Shown here piece after piece: positions 19,270-29,371 of a stretch of DNA of 64,000 nucleotides; position 1 is the first letter of the stretch, and every line of letters begins with the position of its first letter. Under the pieces are notes generated by a model. The model saw only the letters and a program-made list of their open reading frames with translations. It made no database searches and was not told the DNA's origin. A program made the translations under genes and the position numbers. The stretch is from positions 53,712 to 117,711 of the forward strand of contig JBAVQU010000015.1 of NCBI GenBank assembly GCA_049694315.1, read 5' to 3'. The DNA comes from Candidatus Zixiibacteriota bacterium (GTDB lineage Bacteria > Zixibacteria > MSB-5A5 > SM1-73).

Positions 19270-20400
19270 TTATGTTATCGCCCCGGCAAACAACGTGCTC
19301 AAGTCGACGATTCTTAGTTTTAAGTCCTCTGAATAGCCCTCGGCGTTCTGGGTGCAGGAGAAATGAATCTGGCATTTTGGACAGGCGGTGACCAAAACCT
19401 CTGCTTGGGTATTCTTTGCCTCCTTCAGCCGATTCGTCTGAATCATCTTGGAATAGACATCACAGTTCACCCAGGAAGAGGTTCCGCAGCAGGTGGCATT
19501 CTTTCTGTTTCTGGGCATCTCCACCAGCTCCGCCCCGGAAGCCTTGATCACTTCTCTGGGTGCGTCAAACACGCCACTGAACCGCCCCAACCTACAAGGG
19601 TCTTGATACGTAACCTTGGTATCCAGTTTCTTCAGCTTGGTCCTGTCTTTTGGGATCTTCTCGGAGATCAGCTCCGATATGTGAAGGACTTCATAGTCTT
19701 GCTTTCCGAACATCTCCGGATAGTCGAATTTCAGGCTGACCAGGCATTCGGGACACGAGGTGACGATCTTTTTCGCCCCGGATTCTTTTATCAGCTTCAG
19801 ATTGTGTTCTGCCAGCTTTTTGAAGTTCTCCACGTCCCCCATCCACAGAAGATCATGCCCGCAACACCTTTCGTTGGCCAACACCTGTGGCTGGATGCCC
19901 AAGAAGTTCAGAATCTTCAGAGTCGACTTTCCCGATTCGATGGAGTTTGCTTTGATGTCCGTGAAGAAAACGTCGAAATAAGGGAGGCATCCGACAAAAT
20001 AAAGATATTCGGACTTCTCTGACGTCTTCAGATCCGGGGTGATCCATCCTAATCTATTTTGTTTCAGCTCAGGTGCGGTCATGATTTTCATCAATGACTG
20101 CAGGGCCCCGCCATGAGAGCACTTGGCGTCTTGCCCGTTGTTACTGGCTTCAGCTCTGACTAACCGGGTGAACTGGATGTAATCAATGTCGGAAGGGCAT
20201 TTCTGCTGGCACTGCATGCAGGTCAAGCAGGTCCAGACCGTATTATCTTTCAGCAGATTTTCATTGGAGCCGGTCACCGCCTTGGTCATAAGTCTTCGCG
20301 GAGAATAGCCCTTATTAACTCTGGAGATAGGGCAGATGGCAGTACATTTGCCGCAGTCTAAACAGAGATAAGCTTTGGTGTTCTTGATGGATTCTTTCAT
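19270..20400 (-). CDS. HdrD/GlcF-like iron-sulfur oxidoreductase (two 4Fe-4S motifs plus two CCG domains)
   Basis: CLDCGKCTAICP and CLTCMQCQQKCP, then CCGHD...C and ...CCGTSSW cysteine-rich CCG-type motifs. Confidence 0.7.
   Translation of the reverse strand: MKESIKNTKAYLCLDCGKCTAICPISRVNKGYSPRRLMTKAVTGSNENLLKDNTVWTCLTCMQCQQKCPSDIDYIQFTRLVRAEASNNGQDAKCSHGGALQSLMKIMTAPELKQNRLGWITPDLKTSEKSEYLYFVGCLPYFDVFFTDIKANSIESGKSTLKILNFLGIQPQVLANERCCGHDLLWMGDVENFKKLAEHNLKLIKESGAKKIVTSCPECLVSLKFDYPEMFGKQDYEVLHISELISEKIPKDRTKLKKLDTKVTYQDPCRLGRFSGVFDAPREVIKASGAELVEMPRNRKNATCCGTSSWVNCDVYSKMIQTNRLKEAKNTQAEVLVTACPKCQIHFSCTQNAEGYSEDLKLRIVDLSTLFAGAIT
19276..19404. repeat. Direct repeat copy 2 (authentic 3' end of the hdrD-like gene)
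   Basis: Partner of 18576-18704. The two copies bracket the 571-bp segment that carries the BrnT/BrnA pair. Confidence 0.7.
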
Positions 20401-20508
20401 ATCATGTTAGCCTTTGCAAGTTCCAGAAGCGAAATTCAAAAATGTCGTCTGGGTCATCCCGGAAATAGTCTGCCCTTCTTTTCTTTTCGAATTTTGAATT
20501 GTACTTTT

Positions 20509-20952
20509 TCATTTTGCATTTTGAATTTTGAATTGTCTCAACGGGCTTGGTCCCACTTTCTTCACATCCTCTATGAATTGCGTGATCACCTGGGCAAATC
20601 TTTGACCTTCAGCGGCTGAAAACCACTCCAATCTCAACCGCTCCTTTTCTAAACCCAGAAGCTCGAAGAGCTTTTTGGTGATTTCGAACTGCTCCGCAGC
20701 TCGATGATTGCCAAAGGTGTAATGGCAATCGCCGAAATGTCACCCCGACCACATCACGCCGTCTGCACCTTTTTCAAATGCTCGGAATACGTGGGCTGGG
20801 CTGATCCTGCCGGAACACATCACGCGGATGAGCCTTACATTTGGTGGATATTGCATCCGGCCCACCCCGGCAGTATCTGCTCCTGCGTACGAGCACCAGT
20901 TGCAAGCGAAGACGACGACTCGGGGATCAAAATCATTCGATTGTTTTGTCAT
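20509..20952 (-). CDS. mvhD: Methyl-viologen-reducing hydrogenase delta subunit homologue (MvhD). Selenoprotein with an in-frame TGA at 20740-20742.
   Basis: Read-through of the track ORF 20740..20952 gives [17 protein letters not shown]...[18 protein letters not shown]...[13 protein letters not shown]. This aligns residue for residue with the MvhD domain of the hdrA fusion in this window (VLVSG-C-HFADCHY), with the UGA at the Cys position. Stop TGA at 20509-20511. Confidence 0.7.
20706..20730 (-). promoter_or_regulatory. Candidate SECIS hairpin downstream of the mvhD UGA
   Basis: mRNA GAUUGCCA-uuacaccuu-UGGCAAUC, an 8-bp stem starting about 11 nt after the UGA. Confidence 0.45.
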
Positions 20953-21066
20953 ATTACTATTTCCTTAATGGACATAATCTGTGTGATACATCGGCATTAG
21001 GAAATGTCGATGCCATAAAAAGCTTCAGCAATTTCCATTGTCGAAACATCGGGAATACTCGCTTCA

Positions 21067-22050
21067 TTATAAGAAGGCAACCGTTTTATTCAAACCTAAA
21101 TAGTTAAGTTCGTCTTGTGTAAAGGAATCCAAATTACTGAAGACTAATTCAACGAATTCATCACCATCTACAAAAGATATCTTCTTACACTCTTCCCTAT
21201 AGTATTTCTCAGCTAACTTCTTTGCGTCATCCGAAATACTACCCGACGTTACGATAATCCCCGTATCCCCTTCATCCATTGAATTTGCTAATTGCTCCAC
21301 TACCCAACTATCAAGGGCTCCATGCTCGGGATAAAAATGCTTAACTTGTATTCTAACAACAAGGTTCCCAGGTAGAGTTGTTTTTAGATCAGTGTCTCCT
21401 TGCTGGCTGTTTGTAGTTGCCAACCTTGTGAGACCAGGAAAGTACCTATTGAGAACAGTTCTTACGCTTTCCTCAAACCTGGATGAGTTGACGCCCGACA
21501 GTATCCCCTTTTGTAACTTGTCAAGATACTCTATTTTCAGATCTAGATAGTTTTGACAGCTGAACAAGTGCTTTTGGGTTTTGACAATATCGCTTATATC
21601 TTGATGATAAGTGGCAAAAAGCGTTTGTTGTCCTTTCAAAGAATCAAAAACTCGTCCAGTTAAGACCGACCGGGGAATGGCGCGTTTTTCATTCAGCCAT
21701 TCAACTTCTCGTTGATGTGGATAACCATCCGTATCATTGTCTTTGGAATTATCGTATCGATAATCGCTTTGTACATATCCAACAAATACAACTGGCCCAT
21801 CAGGAACCACAACATAATCTTCAATTTGCATTTCATTTACAAAGCGGTTAATAATGCCAACAGCTTGCCCTAAGGATTGATTAGAAGAATACGAATAAAA
21901 CGTTTGCAAAGCCTGTTTGATTTGCTCTCTGTTTTTTCCTACTAGATTCCCTATGTAGGGCCAACCAATTGCCACCAAGTTCCCCACCAAGAATTCTTTC
22001 ATTCTATATTTATCGTGTGGATAAGATCGTAATACCCAAGCATTACTCAT
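21067..22050 (-). CDS. Mrr-like restriction endonuclease-domain protein (type IV restriction-like) with an uncharacterised N-terminal domain
   Basis: The C-terminal region GDTDLKTT...VVRIQVKHF...DTGIIVTSGSISDDAKKLAE matches the Mrr catalytic-domain pattern (D...(Q/E)xK, IvTts.fs..A). The gene sits in a clearly AT-rich island. Confidence 0.5.
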   Translation of the reverse strand: MSNAWVLRSYPHDKYRMKEFLVGNLVAIGWPYIGNLVGKNREQIKQALQTFYSYSSNQSLGQAVGIINRFVNEMQIEDYVVVPDGPVVFVGYVQSDYRYDNSKDNDTDGYPHQREVEWLNEKRAIPRSVLTGRVFDSLKGQQTLFATYHQDISDIVKTQKHLFSCQNYLDLKIEYLDKLQKGILSGVNSSRFEESVRTVLNRYFPGLTRLATTNSQQGDTDLKTTLPGNLVVRIQVKHFYPEHGALDSWVVEQLANSMDEGDTGIIVTSGSISDDAKKLAEKYYREECKKISFVDGDEFVELVFSNLDSFTQDELNYLGLNKTVAFL

Positions 22051-22129
22051 TCCTTACCCTCGCTTCTAAGATAGAATTAAGGTGTAATTGATTAGCATGA
22101 CAATCTATCCCATGTTCGCTATTTGTTTA

Positions 22130-25100
22130 TTATTTATCCCAAACCAACAGCGTATCTATCATCACATCTATCTGCTCATCTGTGAAGTGGCGAGCTGTTA
22201 TTGCACCGGTGGGGCAGTATGCCGCGCAGGTGCCGCAGCCTTTGCACAAAGCTTCGTTAATCTCACAGACCAAAACGCCTTCTCCCTTATCTACCAATTG
22301 TGGCGCGTTAAATTGGCATATCTTCACACATATTCCGCAGGCTCGACACAGTTCTCTATTTACCACTTGACAGACCACCGGCTCAAGCTCGATGTGATCT
22401 CTGGACGTAAGGATAGCTGCTTTGCCCGCTGCTCCCTGGGCGGAGAACAGACTATCTGATATTCCCTTGGGGGAATGTGCACACCCACAGATGAATATCC
22501 CCGCGGTATTCGTCTCCACCGGTCCCAACTTGGAGTGCCTCTCCAAGAAAAATCCATCCAATCCCCTTGGAACCTTGAGAAGACTCTGAAGCTCGGCAAA
22601 ATCTTTCTCTTTCGGCACCATGCCCACGGAGAGTATCACCGCATCCACTGGCAGTTCCGTCTCGGCTTTGGAATGAGGCTGAAATAGCTTGATCTTGGTC
22701 GCTTTTCTGTCTCCAATTATCTCCGGCGGATGCTTCTCATCGTATCTTAAGAACAAAACCCCTGCACCTCGCGCCTCCCGATATGCCTCTTCCGCACCCT
22801 TGTCGAAAGTCCTGATGTCCCTGCAGTACACTATAACGTTGATTTCCTTTTTCTGAAGCTCGGTAGCTTGTTTGATGGCTACCTGACAGCAATATCGGGA
22901 GCAGTATTCGTTTCCGCCTTTCTCCCTTGATCCCACGCACTGGATGAAAGCAACGTTCTCCGGCTTCTGGTTGTTGATCTTCAACTCCTCCTGGTTCTCT
23001 GTCATCAGCTTTTCCAATTCCATGTTAGTGAGAACATTGGGGAATTGTCCATGGCCGAATCTGCCTTGGGGATCAAAAAGATCCGAGCCGACCGCCAGGA
23101 TGATGGCTCCGAACTTCAGCACCCCATTCTTGGTCTTCTTGCCCTTGGCGGATGCGGGCATCTCTAAAGTCACCTCAAAATTGCCGACAAACCCGCTTAC
23201 TTCCTTCACCTTAGAGGAAGTGAGCACCTTGACTTTTCTCTCCTTCAGCTCTTCTAATTTCTGTTTGATCAGCTGCTTACCCGTCAGCTCACTCCCCAAA
23301 AGACTACCCAGATCCTTTACCCTTCCACCCAACTCCTTGTCCTTATCGATCAAAGTCACTTTCTCGCCTTTGAGCGCCAAATCTAAGGCCGCCTGAATTC
23401 CCGCTATGCCGCCGCCGATTATCAAGATCTCTGGATTCATGGGGACCTGCCTTCTCTCCAAAGGCTCCAGATGATAAGCTCTGGCAACCGCCATGCGCAA
23501 AAGGTCTTTTGCCTTTGTAGTTGCCGCCTCTGGCTCCTGGGAGTGCACCCAGGAGCACTGGTCCCGGATGTTAGCCATCTCAAAGAGATATGGATTGAGG
23601 CCGGCTCTCTTGCAGGTTTCCTGAAAGATGGGCTCGTGCGTGCGGGGAGTGCAGGCCGCCACCACCACCCGGTTCAAGTTTTGTTCCTTGATCTTTTCCG
23701 CCATGAATCTCTGAGTTCCATCCGAGCACATAAAAAGGTCGCGACAGACATAGGTCACTCCGGGAAGCGACTTGGCATATTCCTCCACCTCTGCCACGTT
23801 CACCACTCCAGCGATGTTGATCCCGCAATGGCAGACGAATACTCCGATCCTCGGGTCTCCGCTTACGTCCAGAGGTTCGACTTTGATCGGCTCTTTCTTC
23901 AATTGCTGACCTTTCAGATGCTCTGAAACCTTCAACGCGGCGGCGGAACCCAAGGCTACTGAGTCGGTGATGTCTTTAAGTCCGGCAGCGCTGCCACAAA
24001 GATAAATCCCGTCTTTAGTCGACTCCATAAAGGAGGTGGAATCTCCCTGCTTGAAGAAGCCGGTTTTGTCCAGCTCGATTCCCAAAATCTGCGCCAGTTT
24101 GGCCGTCCCCTCAGCCGGGACTCCGGCAGACGACAGAATCACGATATCCGCTCTCACTTTCTCCACGGCCTTGGTATCCATGTTCTCAATGAAGAGCAAG
24201 AGGTCCTTGGTTTTTGGATCCTCTTCGATCTTGGCCGGCTTTCCCCTGTAAAATATGACATTCGGATCCTGCTGTGCCCGCAGGTACAACTCCTCGTATC
24301 CTTTGCCGAAAGCTCTTATGTCGTTGTAAAAGATGTAGATCTTCTCGATGTCCGGTTGATGCACTTTAGCTAAAAGCGAATTCTTGACGGTGTTCATGCA
24401 GCAGAAGTACGAGCAATAAGGATATCCTCTGTCGCCTACTGATCTGGAGCCGACGCACTGGACAAAAGCCAGAGTCTTGGGGGGTTTCATGTCGGCAGGA
24501 CGGACCAGGTGACCACCTGAAGGCCCGGAGGCATTCAGAATTCTTTCGAATTCGAGTCCGGTCAGAACGTTCTCGTAACGAGCGTAGCCAAAATTGGTCA
24601 GGCTTCGTGGATCGTACTCGTCGAAACCGGTGGCAACTACGATGGCACCGACGTCAACCGTCTCCTCCCTAGGCGGCATGTCGAAATCAATGCACTTGAG
24701 TTTGCAGGCCCGGTAGCAGTTTTCGCACACCAGGATGGTCTTGTTAAGGCAGGCTTCACGATCAATCACATAGGTTCGGGGGGATGCTTGAGGGAAAGGA
24801 GTATAGATGGCTTTTCTGGCTCCCATTCCTAAGTCGAAAGAGTTGGGAGCAATCACCGGACAAGCCTTGGCGCAATCACCGCATCCCACGCAGGCGTTCT
24901 CGTCCACAAAGCGGGGGTTTCGTCTAACCGTGGCCTTGAAATTCCCCTTTTCCCCTTCCACCCGGACCACTTCAGAATGGCTTAAAAGCTTTACATTGGG
25001 ATGTCGACCGACATCCAGCATGCGGGGACCCAGAATTCAGATGGCGCAATCCATGCTGGGAAAGGTTTTGTCGATCTGCGCCATCCTACCCCCCAGGGTG

Positions 25101-25207
25101 GAAGCCCTCTCCACCAAATAAACCTGAAAGTCGGCGTCGGCTAAATCGAGGGCCGCCTGAATTCCAGCCACCCCTCCTCCGATGACCAATGCACCTTTCT
25201 TTGTCAA
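22130..25207 (-). CDS. hdrA: Tandem-domain HdrA homologue (two HdrA-like modules). Selenoprotein with an in-frame TGA at 25037-25039.
   Basis: Extending the 963-aa track ORF upstream in frame gives (V/L)[74 protein letters not shown].... An AGGAGG RBS and a GTG/TTG start lie at about 25205-25210. There is a second FAD/ferredoxin module ([18 protein letters not shown]...) and a C-terminal ferredoxin motif. Confidence 0.75.
24999..25016 (-). promoter_or_regulatory. Candidate SECIS hairpin downstream of the second hdrA UGA
   Basis: The same 18 nt, GGAUGUCGGUCGACAUCC, as in the first hdrA, about 21 nt after the UGA. Confidence 0.55.
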
Positions 25208-25455
25208 CACAACCTCCTACAGGCAGTTCCGAGTTCAGAGTGTAGAGGAAGCAGTTCAAGGCCAAGAGCTTAGAGCAACAACCTTTGATCTCAAACTCGA
25301 AACTCTCTGCTCTTAACTCTATGCTATCGACTCTGGCTTGCCCATTTCAAAGCCTCTTCCCGAACTGTTGTCTTCGGTCGAAGGTTTGATGGTAGCCGCA
25401 CCCTTCAGGGTGCGCTTGCTTCGCAGGCTGAAGCCTGCGGCTGCGAATTCCTCCT

Positions 25456-26007
25456 CTAAGCGGTCTGCTTCAACAAACTCTTCCCGTATTGATAACCTTT
25501 GTCAAAGGCCTTTATATTGACGTCGATCAACTTTTCGCTAAAAGAATCCTGAATCGCCTTGCGCGCGGACTGCTCTGTGGTCAACTTGGTGACCGCGGTG
25601 AAGAAGCCAAACATCACGATGTTGGCCGCGATTCTTGCTCCCATCTCCTCGGCCAAGCGGGCGGATGGTATGGAAAAGAATTTGGCTCTCTTCTTCACCT
25701 GGTCCGGCTTGACCAAATCCTCATCGATGATTAAAGTTCCATCCTCTGTTATGTTGCTCGCATGTTTGGAATATCCTTCTTGCGACATGGCCACTACGAT
25801 ATGCGGTGTGGTCACATAGGGATACAGAACTCTATCGTCGGATATCACTACCTGGGAACTGCAGGCACTTCCTCTTGCCTCCGGTCCGAAGCTCTGGGTC
25901 ATGGTGGCGTGTTTGCCGTCGTATATGGACGCGGCCTTCCCCAAAAGATATCCGAAACGGATCACCCCCTGACCGCCGAATCCGGTGATCCTTATCTCTG
26001 TCAGCAT
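25456..26007 (-). CDS. 2-oxoacid:ferredoxin oxidoreductase, gamma subunit
   Basis: MLTEIRITGFGGQGVIRFGYLLGKAA..., typical of the Por/Vor/Kor gamma subunit. Confidence 0.8.
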   Translation of the reverse strand: MLTEIRITGFGGQGVIRFGYLLGKAASIYDGKHATMTQSFGPEARGSACSSQVVISDDRVLYPYVTTPHIVVAMSQEGYSKHASNITEDGTLIIDEDLVKPDQVKKRAKFFSIPSARLAEEMGARIAANIVMFGFFTAVTKLTTEQSARKAIQDSFSEKLIDVNIKAFDKGYQYGKSLLKQTA

Positions 26008-26888
26008 TGGGGACCTCCGTGTGCAATGAATTTCTCTTTAAGCTTGCCCTTCATCCAGTCGTTATGGGCATCCAAAAAGGTCGGTCTTTCCCGATCGATA
26101 AACTTGCCCACGATGATCTTTTTCTGAAACTCAATGTCCAGCTCCCGAGTGTCGGCCCCATGTTTGATCACGCTGTTGTCATGATAGAACTTCATCAGAT
26201 CCAGACCGGTGCCCAGCCTATTTCTCCTGGCGTAAATGGTGGAGCAGGGAGCGATGATCTCGATGAAAGAAAATCCCTTCTTGTTCATTGCCTCCGCCAT
26301 GGAGCGAGCCAGCCTTCGCACGTGCAGGCAGGTCCAGCGAGCCACGTACACCGCACCACAGGATGCGGCCAGATGAGGTAGATTGAAAGGCTGGTCGAAG
26401 TTCCCGTAGGGGGAAGTGGAAGTGTTGGCGCTGATCGGAGTAGTAGCTGCCACCTGTCCCCCGGTCATGGCGTATACGAAGTTATTGATGCATAATACTA
26501 CTAGGTCCATGTTTCTGCGCGCGGCGTGGATAAGATGATTGCCGCCGATTCCCACGATGTCACCGTCTCCGCTGAAAACCACCACTTTCAGCTCTGGATT
26601 GGCCAGCTTTAGCCCGGTGGCAAACGGTATTGCCCGTCCATGCGTGGAGTGAAAAGAATCCAGGTTGATGTAACCGGCGATTCTGCCTGAACAGCCAATT
26701 CCCGAGACCACACACACTTTTTCCAGGGGGGTCTCCACCTTCTTCAAAGCTTCGGCAAAGGAGGTGAGCGCCGTTCCTATTCCGCAGGTGGAACACCAGA
26801 TATGAGGAATCCGATCCATCCGGAGAATGTCCTTCATAGGATGTTCCATGAGCTCAGCCGGTTCGACTAACGTGTCCGTTGGCTTCAT
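26001..26888 (-). CDS. 2-oxoacid:ferredoxin oxidoreductase, beta subunit (TPP-binding)
   Basis: CSTCGIGT...GDGDIVGIGGNHLIHAARRNMD, a TPP-binding pattern. Confidence 0.8.
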   Translation of the reverse strand: MKPTDTLVEPAELMEHPMKDILRMDRIPHIWCSTCGIGTALTSFAEALKKVETPLEKVCVVSGIGCSGRIAGYINLDSFHSTHGRAIPFATGLKLANPELKVVVFSGDGDIVGIGGNHLIHAARRNMDLVVLCINNFVYAMTGGQVAATTPISANTSTSPYGNFDQPFNLPHLAASCGAVYVARWTCLHVRRLARSMAEAMNKKGFSFIEIIAPCSTIYARRNRLGTGLDLMKFYHDNSVIKHGADTRELDIEFQKKIIVGKFIDRERPTFLDAHNDWMKGKLKEKFIAHGGPQC

Positions 26889-28042
26889 TTCACTGCCTCC
26901 TTGATAGCTTTGTATATGTCTTCGGGATCATGTACCCACCCTCCTCCGTGCGGAACCAGAAGCACCTTGGCCTTGCCTCCCGCGCACCGCTCGACCTCAT
27001 AGAACATCTGCCCGTAATTCATCTCCACCACCACAAAGGCTTTCACCTTGGCAGCCAGTTGTCTTATCTTTTGCTCTGGGAAGGGCCAAACGATGATCGG
27101 TCGGAAAAGCCCCACCCTTATCCCCTCTTTCCGGGCCTTCTGAATGGCAGGTATGGAAACACGGGAACTTATCCCATAGGAGAAAATCACCACCTCCGCA
27201 TCCTGCATCTGCACTTCCTCTACGTCTACCAATTCGTCGGCATGCAGTCGGATCTTTTCCACCAACCGTCGGACCAGCTTCTCCTGGGCTTCCCAACTCA
27301 TGACCGGGTAGCCTTTCTGGTCATGGGTCAGGCCGGTAATGTGAATCTTGTATCCATCTCCGGCTTTGACCATCTCCGGCACTAAATCCGGACCAGGTTT
27401 GAATGGAAGGTACTCACTCGGAGGAAGCTTGGTATATCGACGGGGGTAAAGCTCGATCTCCTCGGCTTTGGGGATCACCACTTTTTCGGTCATGTGTCCC
27501 ACGCATTCATCCGCCATTACCAATACCGGTACTCTGTATTTTTCCGCTAGATTAAAAGCTTTTATCGTAACCTCGAAGCACTCCTGGGGAGAGTTGGGAC
27601 AGAGCGCAATGATCTCATAATCGCCGTGCGATCCCCAACGCGCCTGCATCATGTCGGCCTGCCCGGGAAGAGTGGGAAGCCCGGTGGAGGGTCCGCCTCG
27701 TTGGACGTTGATCACCACGCAGGGAGCCTCCATCATCGCGGCCAAGCCGATATTCTCCATCATCAAGGAAAACCCCGGGCCGGAGGTGACGGTCATCGCC
27801 TTAACTCCGCCCCAGGCCGCACCCACGACCGCGGCCATGGATGCCATCTCGTCCTCCATCTGGATGAAAATGCCTCCCACGTGGGGGAACCGCTCGGCTA
27901 TCCGCTCGGCTACCTCAGTAGATGGAGTGATGGGGTATCCGGCCAAAAAACGACAGCCTGCGGCAAGGGCCCCCTCCGAGCAGGCATGGTCGCCGTCCAG
28001 ATAGTGTTCTCCGGTCAAAACGCCTTTTGGATCAGCTTTCAA
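26885..28042 (-). CDS. 2-oxoacid:ferredoxin oxidoreductase, alpha subunit
   Basis: 385-aa pattern of the Por/Kor alpha subunit, overlapping its neighbours by 4 nt. Confidence 0.8.
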   Translation of the reverse strand: MKADPKGVLTGEHYLDGDHACSEGALAAGCRFLAGYPITPSTEVAERIAERFPHVGGIFIQMEDEMASMAAVVGAAWGGVKAMTVTSGPGFSLMMENIGLAAMMEAPCVVINVQRGGPSTGLPTLPGQADMMQARWGSHGDYEIIALCPNSPQECFEVTIKAFNLAEKYRVPVLVMADECVGHMTEKVVIPKAEEIELYPRRYTKLPPSEYLPFKPGPDLVPEMVKAGDGYKIHITGLTHDQKGYPVMSWEAQEKLVRRLVEKIRLHADELVDVEEVQMQDAEVVIFSYGISSRVSIPAIQKARKEGIRVGLFRPIIVWPFPEQKIRQLAAKVKAFVVVEMNYGQMFYEVERCAGGKAKVLLVPHGGGWVHDPEDIYKAIKEAVK

Positions 28043-28349
28043 CTTTGTCCACCTCCTGCTTGACTGGTTTTTCCGTTTTCTTCTCCGTCACAAATATGGC
28101 GAACTCCGGACAGAGCATCTCGCACAGGCCACAGAAGACGCAGGTGCCTTCTTTTGCCACCAGCGGAGGGTGATAGCCTTTGGTGTTGAATTCCGTGGAA
28201 AGCTCAAGCACGTCCAAGGGACAATATTCCACGCAGAATCCGCATCCCTTGCATCTTTCTTTTAGGATGTGCAGTTCGCCGTGTGGAATGTCCAATTTAT
28301 CATAATCCAAAGGCTTCCGCCAAAATTTCCCCATTGATTCAGGTGACAT
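28032..28349 (-). CDS. 2-oxoacid:ferredoxin oxidoreductase, delta subunit (2x[4Fe-4S] ferredoxin)
   Basis: CKGCGFCVEYCP ... CVFCGLCEMLCP. Confidence 0.8.
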   Translation of the reverse strand: MSPESMGKFWRKPLDYDKLDIPHGELHILKERCKGCGFCVEYCPLDVLELSTEFNTKGYHPPLVAKEGTCVFCGLCEMLCPEFAIFVTEKKTEKPVKQEVDKVES

Positions 28350-28740
28350 GGTTTCACCTCCGCAAGCTGGTAGGAAGAAGTGTGTTTTTGCTCGACATGT
28401 TCAGTGTAAACAAGATAAAGTTAATTCCCTTTAAGTCAAGGTCTATTTTCTACGAAATTCCGCCGGTTTTGAAGCATCGTGGGCTGTGTTCCACTATTGA
28501 GAATACGCAAAAACCGAATGGCTTTTAGCCTGAAGATGCCTACTTTTCTATATCCTTTGGCGAAGGGAAGTGACGGAGGAGTGCTCCAATCGGATAGAAC
28601 AGAAGAAACGGTGGCACCCATCGGAGTGTCATTTTCATCCCGAATGAGGCTGTCTTATGCTCCGACGTGCCCACCGCAGTGGACAAACTGACAGGAAGGA
28701 CTGCTGCTAAGGTTTGCAATATTTCCGGGATAGTGGGCTT

Positions 28741-29127
28741 TTACGCGTAAGCTACCGCTTCTATCTCGATTTTCACTCCCTTTGGTAGACGGGAAACCTC
28801 TAAGGTAGCCCTGGCCGGGGGATCGACCGTGAAATACTGGCTGTAGACTTCATTCATCACCCCAAAATCATCCATGCTCTGCAGGTAGACCGTGATCTTG
28901 ACCACCTTCTCCAGGCTGGACCTGGCAGCCTCCAGGATAGCCTTGAGATTTTCCAAGACTTGTCGAGTCTCTTGCACGATCCCGCCGTGGACCTTGTCAC
29001 CCGTTTTGGGGTCCAACGCGATCTGTCCGGAGACAAAGATCAGAGATTCCCCCTCCAGCCTGACTGCCTGCGAATAAGGCCCCACCGCCCGCGGAGCGTG
29101 CTCAGTTTGGATTATCGACTTGGGCAT
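28741..29127 (-). CDS. ridA: RidA/YjgF-family reactive-intermediate deaminase
   Basis: 128 aa, [12 protein letters not shown]...[10 protein letters not shown]...[22 protein letters not shown]. Confidence 0.85.
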   Translation of the reverse strand: MPKSIIQTEHAPRAVGPYSQAVRLEGESLIFVSGQIALDPKTGDKVHGGIVQETRQVLENLKAILEAARSSLEKVVKITVYLQSMDDFGVMNEVYSQYFTVDPPARATLEVSRLPKGVKIEIEAVAYA

Positions 29128-29371
29128 ATCTCAGCCTCCTTGAAAATTGTAAGTTCAACGAATCATAAGCACTCATGACCCATCGATCTTAAGGGATTCT
29201 TATTTGCCCGTTGATCATCTAATAAAACAATATACCGCACCTATGTCAAACATTTTTAATGGCTTCTACCTATTTTGAATGTCCTACCTGTATCTCCTGG
29301 CGGTCATATAGGATGCATGCTTCGCGAAACGACGACAAGATTGACCCCATTTGTTATGTACTAAGACAATC

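Noticed and set aside
22944-25121. Plus-strand ORFs (22944..23396, 23471..23926, 24036..24251, 24807..25121) inside the tandem hdrA
   Set aside because: Same reasoning: antisense shadows of the 1000-aa HdrA frame, with no RBS or family signal.
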